From Paragordius varius (lineage: Eukaryota > Animalia > Nematomorpha): a stretch of DNA of 64,000 bases. The position numbers and the translations under genes were made by a program. The notes under the pieces are model-generated. The model was given only the letters and a program-made list of their open reading frames with translations. It did no database searches and had not been told where the DNA came from. This document shows, piece after piece, positions 1 through 14,000 of this stretch. The DNA lies in assembly GCA_964247055.1 (NCBI GenBank), contig OZ176057.1:4774001-4838000 (forward strand). The letters are read 5' to 3'. How positions within the stretch are numbered: the first letter of the stretch is position 1; every line of letters starts with the position of its first letter.

Positions 1-3000
1 GGCTTCATTTTTACCAGCAAATGAATTTACTGAATATGTGATATCTAGGTATCTTAATATATATTATATATATATATATATGTTTATTTATATTTTGGTA
101 TTTTCGAATAAAAAAAAGGTCAATTATTACGGTAAAAATTGACAAATTCTGCGGAGGGCAAAAATTAAAAATATAAAGTCAAATATTTTTTTTAAAATAC
201 ACCTAATTATACTTTTTTAATTTTTTTAAATAGCGACTGCAAAGTATAAAATAGAGATGTATACCATTTACAATCCATATTCACCCAATAAAAATATATT
301 ATGCGTTTTCAAATTAACATAATTCATAATTAATATGAAATATATTTTAAGGTTTATTATTTTTACCATTATATAAAGTTTAAACAGAATTTTATATTTT
401 ATTATTAAAAAATAAAGGTAATTTTTGATCTTAAAAAAACACATAATTTATTTTAGGGTGATTTTGAATTGTTTAAGAGTGAATTTGAATTATTTAACGG
501 TGAATTTGTATTAATGGTATGTATTGTGGTAACACAATCAATTCTATTTTTTACGATTGTATTTAAACGATGTTTATTAAGAATTAAAGTTTAAAAAGTT
601 GGGTTGGTTTTCTTTTGAGAATAAAATTTTAGTCTTTAAATTTTTACTTTTTGTCTCCCCATATATAATTTCAATTTTTACTATAGTTTATAGGTTTGAA
701 ATATATGAATCATTATATTTTTTGATTATATTATAATTTATTCAATTTTTTACAGTTACGGCTTATCCAGTACAAATGATATGCTTGCTATTCAAACGAA
801 TACGCAAATTACAGAAAATGGTACATATAACAGAATACAGGGATTTTTAATTCTTACCTTGGGCCTTATTTCTTATCGAGATTTTATGGGTAATATGCTT
901 ATATACATATATATATATATATTTAAAATAGTTAATATTTTTTAATCGATTTGGTATTTATTTAATCTACTATTTAAACTTCAAAAACATAATAAAATGT
1001 CGATTAAAATAAAATTACAACTGAAAAATTATAAACTATGCCATAAAGATATATTTCACATTAAACGATGATTATATTAGAATCAGTTCGAAAACACATT
1101 ATTTAATTTAAGGGTGAATTTGCATAGTAAATGATATATCATATAAAAAATAATGTTTTTTATCCTTCTTAACAATTTATATTTAATATTTTTTCTACCA
1201 TTGATGATTATATACCATTTACAATTCAAAAATACCCTTGAACAATTCAAATTTACCCTCGAACAATTTAAATTCACCCTAAAAATAATTTATGTGTTTT
1301 CACGCAAAATTAATATTAAATATATTTTACATAGCTTATTATTTTTATATTAATTTTAAACAGAATTCATATTTAAATATTATAAAATAAACATAATTTA
1401 GTCTAAAAAATTACCGAATTTATTTTATGATGAATTGTTGAAGGGTGAATTTGAACTGTAAATGGTATATCATATGTTATCTTTTTAAATTATTTCCCAC
1501 ATATTAATTTATAAATTAGGTATTTTCTCTATAATCGTATTATTAAAATGGCAAATTTTTTAGTTTTATACAGTATGCATTTTAATGATTGCTTATTTCA
1601 CATTATAGTAGGGCAATTTGCAACACAACACAGTAGTGTATGGAAAAAACAACAAAATGTTGAATAAACAATTTATTTCTTTCGTTTTTCCATACACTCC
1701 TGTGTTGCGAATTGTTCTACTATAGTGTGAAATTAACAAAAAAAACTATAAAACATTTATTCTGCCCTTTGTTGTATTTATTATTTGGAAATAATTAATA
1801 ATTTTCTAGCGATAACTTACTCATACTGTATATATATATATATATATATATATATTTACTTATATGTATTATTATATTTTTTTATAGAATCAATTATATA
1901 TACATATATATATATATATAAATCTATTTTGTTGCTTTTTAATATTTTCACCATAACTTTAACTATAAATTTACTTGATTTACACTTAAAGTTTTACCAC
2001 AATTTTGGTATTATTTAATGTCAAATAATCTATTTTTCAATTAATTATTTATGCTGTCGTACCATATTACTATATATATTTTTCCATTTTGTTTATTTTA
2101 CACATAGATATCAATGAATTAGTATCAATTGAATATAGTTTAGTGACATTGTTGGTTAAAAAAACGTCGGAATTTTATTTAAACCTAACTACGTCATCAT
2201 CTAACAAAAACTTTAATTTTAATGCAAACGCTGTACAATCTGACAATTTTAATGAAAATAATTTTGATAATATACATTATTATAATGGCAATAATGGTTT
2301 CAATATAAATTTTGCCAAGTTTAGTGAAACGTGTGTTAATCGTTCACAAATCCAAGAACTTATTCCAGATAAATCGAGTTATAGGATTGCACAATCACCA
2401 CACCTGTTGGCAGAATTTGAAACTTTAATATCAAAAGTTTTTTTCTTTTTCTAATTGTTGCATAAAATTTTTTTAATTTTTACTTTTTTTTGAAAAAAAA
2501 CAAAATATAAGTTAAAAATATGTGTCTTTAATTAATAATTTAAGGGAAAATGACAGTGTATTTGCTGTATGTAACAAAAAAATGATGGAATTTTAATTTA
2601 TTACTCTATAATCCATAAAATGATGATTTTTACACCATAAAAGAAAATTTAGAGTATGTTGATGCCAATTTTATACCTAAACTTTTTAGAGTGATTAAAT
2701 GTTTATTTATCATATTAAATATTATTTGTATTAAAACAATTTTTTTTAAAAAAAATATGAATTTTCTTTTTCTAATGTTTTTAGTTGTTGCAAATATTTT
2801 TAAAAAAAACATGACAATAAAAAATATATAAATTTATAATTTAAAGGAAAATGGCAATATATTGCTGTATGTAACAAAAAAATGATAGAATTTGATGGAA
2901 TTTGTTGATTTTATTACTCCATAATCCATAAAATAATTTAATACGCCGACTTTTTAGAAAGTGATTTTAATTTTTAATTTATTATATAAAAATATTATTT

Positions 3001-6000
3001 GTATTACAACAATTTTTTTCTAAAAAATGAAATTTTATGTTTTTCTATATGAAAATATTCTTTTACCTTTAAAAATAGATTACCCATTATCACTCACCCC
3101 GACCATGTAAAGCTTTAGGCAATATGGGCCCCTCAACTATTTCGCAAGGCTTTTATACACCTAAAGGTAAATTTTTATTTAGCCATATATTTTTAACGTA
3201 CTAATCAAACTTTAGGTTTATATCAAATTATATTTTTAATTCTATTATACATTTTCATTTCATTTTTTTATTTTTTGTTATCTTAAACACAACGCATGCT
3301 TATTTTAGAGTATGAAATTGTTTTTATTGTTTAAAGGTATCAATTATTACCTTTATATTAAGTCAGATATTTTATATGTTAAAAAAAGGTTTTTTACTTT
3401 TGAACATTGATGTTGTTCTTGGTTTAAAATTGCATTCTAAGTGAAAAAATTTTTTGCAAATTCTTATAATTTAACAGAGATTGTATGGAATTTTTTTTGA
3501 AAACATCTTATTCATTTTATTACAGTATGCATTTAAAGTCAGTAAAGTAGGATAGTTCGCAACACAGTAGATGGAACTACAAATTGTTGAATAAACAATT
3601 ATTTCTTTTCTATTTTCCATACACTCCTGTATTGCATGTTGCCCTACTATAGTGTGGAATAAGCAACCTTTATAATACTGTAAATTTATTTTTCTTTTTA
3701 TATATAAATTAAGGAAATTGAATTGAAAAAAGTATATAAAAACATTTATTTAACACCAAAAAATAATTTTAATAATTTTTACAAAAAAAAGTTTCAATAT
3801 AATCAAACAGATATTGTGTGGGAAAATCTGTTTGAAAATATGTTATTTTAAATTAATTTTTCTGTTTTAAATAATGGAATTTAAATTATTACATTAATTT
3901 ATAAATATCAAAAAAAGTGTATACAGTATATTTTTACAGTATGCATTTTTATGGTTGCTTATTTCACACTATAGTAGGGCGATTTGCAACAATCCAGTAG
4001 TGTATGGAAAAAAGAAAGGAAAAAATTGTTTATTTCGCATTCTGTTATTTTTCCACACACTACTGGTTGCAAATTGCCATACTATACCATTTACAATTCA
4101 AATTTACCCTCGAACAATTTAAACCCTAGAACAATTCAAATTCACCTTCGAACAATTCAAATTTACCCTTGAACAATTCAAATTTGCCCTCAAATAAATT
4201 ATGTGTTTTAAATTAAATTATATTTTATTATATTTTTGGAAAAATAAAATTTTGTCTAATTTTAAAATAATACTGAATATATAATAAACTATGCCATAAG
4301 GATATATTTCATAATAATAATATGATGAGTTTTTAAGTTTTTGAAAACACATAATAGTTTTTTTAGGATGAATTTGAATCGTTCAGGTGATTTGAACTCT
4401 TCAAGGGTGAATTTGAACTGTTTAAGGGTAAATTTAAACTCTTCAAGGGTAAATTTGGATTGTTAAGGGTGAATTAGAACTGTTCAAGGGTGAATTTGAA
4501 TTGTTCAAGGGTGAATTTGAACTGTTTAAGGGTGAATTAAAACTGTAAATGGTATGTTTATATAGTAAAATAAGCAAAACACTGTAATATCATTTATTAT
4601 TTAAACCCCATCTTTATTATTTAATAGATATTGTGTGGGAAACTATGTTTGATCCTTTACGCTTATTATTGGTAGATTCAAGTACCACAGATTATCAAAT
4701 CTCTATGATAAATTTTCAACAATAGTAAAAATTAATGTTAATTTTATTTAAATTTTCAAAAAAAATTTAAAATTATGAATAATTATTTTTAAAATTCTAA
4801 ACAAAATATATTTTTTTGCCAAAAAAATTCCAATGATAAAATAATATGAATAACAGAATAAACAACAATAAAAGTTTCAATGTCTGTAAATATTTACTGA
4901 CATTATTTGCCCAAGTATAAAATATAATAAAAAGAAAAATATACCATTTCCCTTGAACTATTCAAATTCACCCTTAAACGATTTTAATTCACTCTTGAAC
5001 GATTCAATACCCTTAAACAATTTCCTAAAATATAGAATGTGTTTTTAAGTTTAAAAATACCTATATATTTTTGAAAATGAAAATTTGTTTAAAATTAAAA
5101 TAATACTGAAAAAATAATAAAATATGCTTAAAGATATATTTAATATTAATAATGAGTTTTATTAGTTCCAACTTATTAAGGTGAATTTATATTGTTCAAG
5201 AATGAATCTAAATTAGGTGGAATTTGTATTCTTCAAGGGTGAATTACCATTCAAGAATTGTTTAACGGTGATTTTGAATTCTTTAAGGATGAATTTGAAT
5301 TGTTTTCAAATGTTCATTGCATATGTTCAAAGGGGATTTATTGTTAATGGTATACAATAAAATATTTTAATTTAATTTTCTTTGACCATTTTTAATTAAA
5401 TTCAAAATATTGGGCCTAACGCTCGGTTAAATCTTTTTAAAGATAAATAGCCAGATTTTAATTTGAAACATAGTGTTAGTTTATTTAAAAGTGGAAAACA
5501 TCAAAATTAATGTCTCTTTTAACCTATATATATATATTATGTCTAAAAATACAGTAAAAATTGAAATAACAATACAGACAAAAAACTCATAACGACAAAT
5601 ATTTTTTTTCTAAAAGACAACCATATTTTTTTAAACTCTTGATTTTTGTAAAAAAAACTCATTGTTATAAACAGCAAAATATGAATTAGAGTATATGGAA
5701 ATTTGGTATCACAATCAATAACAATTTTATATTTGTAATTAATCGATTATATAGGAAAAATAAGGTTTTTTTTCAAAAAAAGATATGGTTGGTTGTTTTG
5801 GTGAAAAAATTTTGTCTTTATGTTTTTTCCCCTTATAATTTCAAATTTTACTGTACTATTATATATAAGTTACATTTAATATTTTATTTCAATTTAACTA
5901 AATAGTGTGCAATACAAACAAAGAAATCAACATAACGCCCGGGAATTAAAATTAATATGGCCGCCATTTCGATCTATATTTCATAATTTTAATAATGAAA

Positions 6001-6133
6001 AAAATGGTGTTAATAATGACATGATAAAACATTTCAATGCAGTTTTACCACATCTATTGTACACTCAACAAATGAATACGTTACTAGTTAATATACTCAT
6101 TGATGTAAAATTAATTTTATATTTTTTTTGATA

Positions 6134-6167
<34 letters not shown>

Positions 6168-6711
6168 TATGGATTTTAATGGTTCCTTATTTCACATACT
6201 ATAGTTGGGGAATTTGTAACACAACACAGTATAAAAAATAACAAATTATTAAATAAACGATCTTTTCCTTACTTTTTTCCATACACTACTGTGTGTTGCA
6301 AATTGTCCAACTATAGTATGTGAAATAAGCAGCCATTAAAATTAAAACATAAAAAGTTAATTCGACACAAATATTAAAATTTTAGAAAGGTTATCATAAT
6401 TATTAAGAATGATATTTTGGCATAACAAACGTTTTTCATTGAAAATAAGGTATAGGGATTTGAATTGGAACAGACCCAATTCAATATTATTTGACAATTT
6501 TTATTAAATTGAGATTATTTTAACATGTATAAATTATTTAATTACAATTTTAAAATATATAATTTATGGGTTACCAATATGCATGTCAATTTCATACTTT
6601 GCGATTCTGAACATGTTTAAAATAATTAAGATTTAAAAAAAATGGTGGTCTTTTTGAAAAAATATTTTTCTTTATAATTTTTACGTTATGCCCGTATAAA
6701 TTTAATTTTTT

Positions 6712-6747
<36 letters not shown>

Positions 6748-7150
6748 TTTATATTTTAGTACCTTATTAATGAATCAAGGATTCCAGAATTAACATTACA
6801 ATTAGCAGTTTATGTAATTTGGTGCAAAATTGAATATATACTCCTGAACCAATATGATAATACAGTGAGTAACATTTTTTTTTAATATTATTGGATTTTT
6901 TTGGAAAAACATATTTTAAAAATTATTTTATATATGGAAATAATGCGAATATAAAATCTCTCTCTTAAAAATGTTGATAATATGCTTTTATTTTATAACT
7001 TTTTTTATTATTGAATTCAATTATATATATATTAATTTATGTGCTTTTAGATTTTGAAAGATGAAAAATTGGATTCTAAAAACGTATCTTTGCAAAGTAC
7101 ATTACTTTATTATATGATTCTTTTTAAAAATTATTATTATTTTTATTACA

Positions 7151-7208
<58 letters not shown>

Positions 7209-8056
7209 TATACAATTCAAATTCACCCTAAAAATCAATTATGTTTTTTGCTAATATAACTACTCTTCAAATTTGAAATATATCTATATGGCTTATTTTA
7301 TTATTTTTTCGGTATTATTTTAATTTTAAACGATATTTCAATTTATAATAATATAGGTAATTTTTTGATCTTAAAAAACATATAATTTATTTTAGGGTAA
7401 ATTTTTGTTTAAATTCACCCTTGAACAATTCAAATTCACCCTCGAACATAAATTCACTTTCGAACCTAAATTCACTTTCGAACAATTCAAATTCGCCCTA
7501 AAAATAAATTATGTATATTCGAACTAATATAACTCACTTTTAATATGAAATATATCTCTATATCACAGTTTGTTTTTCAGTATTAATTTAATTAAAAACA
7601 AAATTTTGATAAAAATATAGGTAGTTTTTAATTTTAAAAAACATATATATATATAACTTATTTGAGGGTTCGTTCAAATTCACCCTTATAATCAATTATG
7701 TTTTTTGCTAATATAACTACTCATCAATACTCTGATTTATGGCTTGATTTATTACTTTTTCGATATTATTTTAATTTTAAACGAAAAAAATACAAAAAAT
7801 ATAGGTAATTTTAATTAAAAAACACATAATTTTTTAGGGTGAATTTAAATTTATGCTCGAACAATTCAAATCCCCTAAAAATAATTATGTGTTTTCGTAC
7901 TAATATAACTCATTATTAATATAAAATATATCTTTATGACATGGTTCATTAATATTTTTAAAAATATATAAAAATATAGAATTTTTAATCTTAAAAATCA
8001 TATATATCTTATTTAAGGGTAATTTGAATTGTTCTAGGGTGTATTTGAATTTTAAA

Positions 8057-8097
<41 letters not shown>

Positions 8098-11000
8098 TTA
8101 GATTATTTCGACAATGACACACTAAAAGTCACAACCTTAAATCCCGTGAGATGGACGCCTTCAAAATTTAGTGAATTCTTTTTTGAGGATATCTCTGTTT
8201 ATTTCAAGGCAAATCACAATAATATGAATAATTATATAAAATTAGAAACACTCTTGAAACAAAGTAATATATTTATTTATTTTTTGGAACAAACCTAAAT
8301 ATATAAGCAAAGGAAAAACTGAATTATACGGACAAAACGTAAAAATAAAAAGACAAAAATGTTTTTTTACAAAAGAAAACCATGCTTTTAAATGCTTAAT
8401 TTTTTTATTGAAACTCATTGTTTTAAACTTTGAAGTTATATTTTACAATCGTAATTTAAAAGCAATATACGAAAAATATAGGTTTGAAAAAGTATGGGGT
8501 TGTCTTTTGAAAGAAAATTTGTCCTTATATTTTTACGTTTTGTCCGTACAATTCAATTTATTATTATTATTATTATTATTTTACTCACAAACAACAAATT
8601 TTTTATCATATATATCATAAAACTTTTTTTAAAATAAAAAATACAAAGTTACTTTATAAACTCTTTTAAAACCACTCTTGAAACCGAAATAACTCATTGA
8701 CCGTTTTAATTTATTACTGCTTTTATAGTAAAAAATAGAAATTATATACGGACAAAGCGTAAAAATATAAAGACACAAATTTTTTTCAAAAGACAACTAC
8801 ATACTTTTTTCTTAATAATTTTAATGATAACTCATTGTTTTAAACTGTAAAGTGTGGGATAGAGATGTATATATATTGGTAATCAATTATATTACGATTA
8901 TTATAGGTTTTAATAGCATAAATTAAGGTTTGAATAAGTATCTTTTTTTCTGAAACAAAATATTTATTTTTATATTTTCCCGTTTGTCCGTATAACTTCA
9001 ATTTTTATTATATATATATGTGATATTTTTATTTTTCCATTTTTTTATTTAATAGAATACCATAGCACACTAAATTTACCCAATACTCTGTGTGTTTATG
9101 AATTGTTAAGAATGGCCAAATCTCAATACATTACGACAAATTATTTGAATCATGATAATTATTGCATTACTTATGATAATGGTTTTATTTTTTGAATTAC
9201 AAAATATATTTATAGCGTGGTTTGATTCAAAATGTTAATAATTTTATTATTATTGCTTTTCTGAAATTAACATCTCAAAAACATCTTTCTTTGCATATTT
9301 TAAATTTTTATCTGAGTTTATCGATGTTTGAAATAACAAATAAAATTAAATTAACATTTCATGGAAAAAACTGTAAAATTAACTAATTTTTCATTTTACA
9401 GAAAAAATTAATTTTTTACGGAGATAAAACGTAAAATTATAAAGACATTTTTTTTCTAAGACATTGATTTTTTTAATGGAAATCATTGTTTAAAACTGCA
9501 AAATGTGGAATAGAGATGTATATTGTGGTAACACAATCATTTTATAATTTTGATTAAATGTTTTAAATAGGAAAAATTAAGGTTTAATCATGTTGGTTGT
9601 CTTTTGAAAACAAAATTTGTATTTATATTTTTACGTCTGTACAATTTTAATTTTTAATGTGTAATCATTTTACAGTTTCCACAATGTATAACTATATATA
9701 TATTAGGATGAATTTAAACTTTTTATATATTTTTTGGATTAGAATTTTATAGAATTTATTTATATTTCATTCCTCCAGAACGAATTGGTAATGGTGAATT
9801 TTGGTTTAACAAAATTTTACAAGGCTTACAATCTATATCACCTTCATCGTTTACTCATGATTTAATTTTAAACAAAAATGTCCAAGAACCTACTCTCATT
9901 CAGGATAATTTAACTCAAAAGCCAAAATTATTATCTGAAAAGTAAGTTTTTTAGGAATTTTATTTTACATTTGTTTTATAAAAAAATTTTGCACTAGGTG
10001 GTGTCAATAAGATTACGGAATAGTTTTATGAGTTATAGATTATTGCGCAATTATACTATATTTGTTTTCATAAATACACATTTTTTATGTAAAAAATATA
10101 TATATTGGGTTAATTTTATAATTATACGGATAAAATGTAAAAATATAAAGACAAAATTTGTTTTTTTTAAAAGACTGTTGTACTTTTTTGATTTTATATA
10201 TAACTCATTGTTTTCAATTGCAAATCAGGAAATAGAGATGTGTATTGATAACACAATCAATTTCATATTTTACAATTGTATCAAATGATTTTATTTAATA
10301 AGATAAATTAAGGTTTGAAAAAACTTTGTCTTTTATGAAAAAGTATTTGTCTTTATATATCTTTACGTTTTGTCCGTATATAATTTCAGTTTTTACTGTA
10401 AATATTATTTTCAAAAATAGTAATATTATAACATGTTTAAATATGTTTTATGGATAAAAAATATTAATACCACTACCTACTTGTATATGCCTACCTATAT
10501 AGTACTCATAAAAAAATTGACTCAAATTAAAAAAAAATGTTTTTGCTTAGGTTTATTTACACTTTCTGGCCTTTTCACTTTTTTGTCGTATAATTGACAT
10601 ATTGGGGTAATTTATATCCCATAACGCAATTTAATTAAACTACAGTTTTGAAGGATATTTTAGTTAAAATAAAGTATCAAGCGTTTTTGATAAAAAGCTT
10701 ATATTTTCACAGTTTTGTGACTTTTCAAGAGTCGTAAATTGTTAAAACACAAATTGAACAGCTGATATAAAAATCAAAATATATCAGGTTTTTGCTGGTA
10801 AAATATAGCCTGAAAGCTACCTAAAGTTAATTTTATACATTTTTTAACCATAATATACAATTATTTGGCTGTTGTGCATTAGCTATTTGTAAAATTTAAA
10901 GGCAAAAATGGCCTCGAAAAAGTTTGAGATCGGGATATATTATAAATTGTTTTGTACAATGCACCTATAAGGGTAAAGAAAGCATATTTCTTTTAGTGTT

Positions 11001-14000
11001 GACTTAATACCTTAAATATTTTTTAAGATATTCAGAACTTCAAATCATTTTGGAATATAAAAAAACTATTCTAAAATAGTCATCGAATGTTAATACATAT
11101 AACTCAAACCTTAAATATTTAATAATTTTGTGTGTTTAGAAAAAAGATGGCTAATGAAAGACAAAAACGAATTTTAACACGTTATGCAAAACAACAAAAA
11201 AAATTTGTTAAACACTTGCAGAATGAACAAATTGATGATAATACCCAATATATACCACCAAGTTTTGATTTTGTTTAAAAAAATTATTATCATTAATTAA
11301 CAAAAAATGGCCTTTTTATGTGGGTTTTTTTATAAAAAAAATATCTATTATATATACTATTTACAATTCAAATTCACCCTTAAACAATTCATTTACCCTA
11401 AACACTAATATAACTACACATCATTAATATGAAATATATCTTTATGGTATAGTTTATTATTTTTTCAGTATTAATTTATTTTTAGGCAAAATTTCTTTTT
11501 TTAAGTATAAAATAATATAGGTATTTTTTGGTTTAAAAAAATATATTTTAGGGTGAATTCGAAGTATTAATGATATATAAAACAATAATGATATTTTAGA
11601 GATATTCAAAAAAACTTATCGATTTGTTTAATCAAAAAATATATGATGAATAGCATGAGATATAAGTTTATATGATATGTTTTTTCAAACCTTTTATTAA
11701 GAAGAAAAACAACTTATACTGTAATGTTAACTTTTATACATTCTACTCAATCATGTACAACTATAGTTAAATTATAGGTCATATCTATACGATGTTTAAG
11801 GTAGATATAAGATTTTTTATTTATTAGTTATATACATATATACTTGAATATTGTCTTTTTTGCCCACAGTATTTTTCAAAAAACATTCTTTTAAATCTTG
11901 ATTTGATATAAATTATTGTTTTAAACTCCAAAGTATGAAATAAAATAGTATGTTGTTGTGAATACAATTAATTATAATATATTTTATGATTGTAATTAAA
12001 TGATCTATCTATAGGCGTAAAAAAGTATGGAAATATTTGTCCTTATTTAACATTTTTTTCGTATGTAATTTCATTTACATATTACAGTAAAAACTGAAAT
12101 TCGGACAATACGTAAAAATATAAAGACAAATATTTTATAAAAAAAACAAGCATACTTTTTAAACCTTAATTTATCCTATTAAATACAATAACAATAATAA
12201 AATATGTAATTGACTGTGTCAAATATACAATCCTATTTTATATTTTGTTGTTAAAAACATGTGTTATATTTTAAAAAATCAAGATTGAAAAGGTAAGGTT
12301 TTCTATAAGTAAAAAATATTTTTCTTTATATTTTAACATTTTGTTGTATGTAATTTCAATTTTTACATATTATTATATATATTTTTGAATATTTATTTTA
12401 TATAATAGAACTTAATGGAGAAACATGTTGCGTTTGTTCACAACCCATAACACATTGTAATATAAAGTTGGAAAAATTTGATGATATCATAACGGCAAAA
12501 ATTGTCACCAATACTAATAATGATTTGTCAGAAAAACTTGAGTTACTTGGAGGTTATGTAGCCTATTCGCATGAATCCAATGGTTGGTTTTAAATTTTGT
12601 TGTTACCAAATTTTTTATACATTCTTTCCATTTTTAATAGTTTTTTTTGTTTAAAATTATACATTAGAGAGCTTTTGATATATTAACTTAAAAGTATATG
12701 CAATAATGATTTGTAATAGTAAAGAACGAAATGAAAATATTTATTTATTTTGCAAAGACACATTGATTTTTTTGAAAAACTTGGGTATTTTAACAAAACG
12801 TCGGGTTTTTAAACTTGACGGAATTAATTGTTGTATTATATGTTGCAATTTTTCAGTTAAAGGCAGCATTTTTTTAAGAAAATGCAACATTTTTCATCCA
12901 AACTAAACTAAAATTGTTACGTTTGCTTGAAAAAATGTTGCGTTTGCTTGAAAAACGGTATATATTTTTGATCATTAAGTGCTATTTAGAAAAAAATTAG
13001 GCCTAACAAGATATGATACTATCTTTACAAAATATTTTTCATTATATACGTTTTTTTATTATTTAAAATTTAAATTAATATTTTTTATTATTTCTTTTTT
13101 CAACCGTATATAAAATTCTTTTTATCAATAATACAGTAAAAATTAAAATTATATGAACTTTTTTCAAAAGAAACCATCCTTTTTAAATCTTGATATTTTT
13201 GAATATATTGTATTAAATTACAAAGTAAGAAATTGTTGGTAAAACAATCAATTTTATATTTTAGCAGTGATAAGTAAATACTCAATAAAAGAATAGTTAA
13301 GGTTTAAAAAAGTATGGTTGTCTTTTAAACAAATATTTGTCTTTAAATTTTTACGTTTTGTCCATATATTTTGAGGTATTACTGTACTTAAAACCATTAG
13401 ATCTGTGTAATAACCATCATATATTTTCATCTGAAGACTATTTATTTAAAATTTAGTGTTAGGAAATATCTCAAATCCTTTTATATCGCGATTACCTTTA
13501 ACTCCCCCCTCACAAGTCGATTTGAATTCTTCAAATTTCGCGTAAAACATTTTATTATTTTTTAAGTTAATTTATATATTTTAGTTTTTTTTTATATAAA
13601 AGTATTTATAATCATAGGACAACGACAGAGTCTAACATAGTTATAAAGAATAAAAATAATAAAGATAAAACTGATAATCAAATCGATAACCTTGATGGTA
13701 TACACCTTAAAAATAATGATGGATCCCTTAAACATATTATGAAAAGACAAATTGAGGCACAATTAAAACTGTGTGAATCCGAAATATCTGAAAAATCATT
13801 AAACACGCAAAATTCAAATACTTCTTTGACAACAGAATATACTACCGAGAATTGCTTTGAAAATGAAATAACCCATGAAATATTGCAAACGTTACATAAT
13901 TTTATAATAGAAAATGATTTAGAAAACAGTGAACACACCTTTAATCGATTCAAATCTTTCAATGAATTTTGCAATCGAAAGCTAATTACAAGTATTGAGT

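Noticed and set aside
1083-1353. ORFs with repeated LEQFKFT / LNCSRVN
   Set aside because: They are translations of the 21-bp (7-codon) repeats of MITE family B.
1785-2018. YI-repeat ORFs (also 7054-7254 tail and 8056 start)
   Set aside because: They are translations of (TA)n microsatellites or intron read-through next to real exons.
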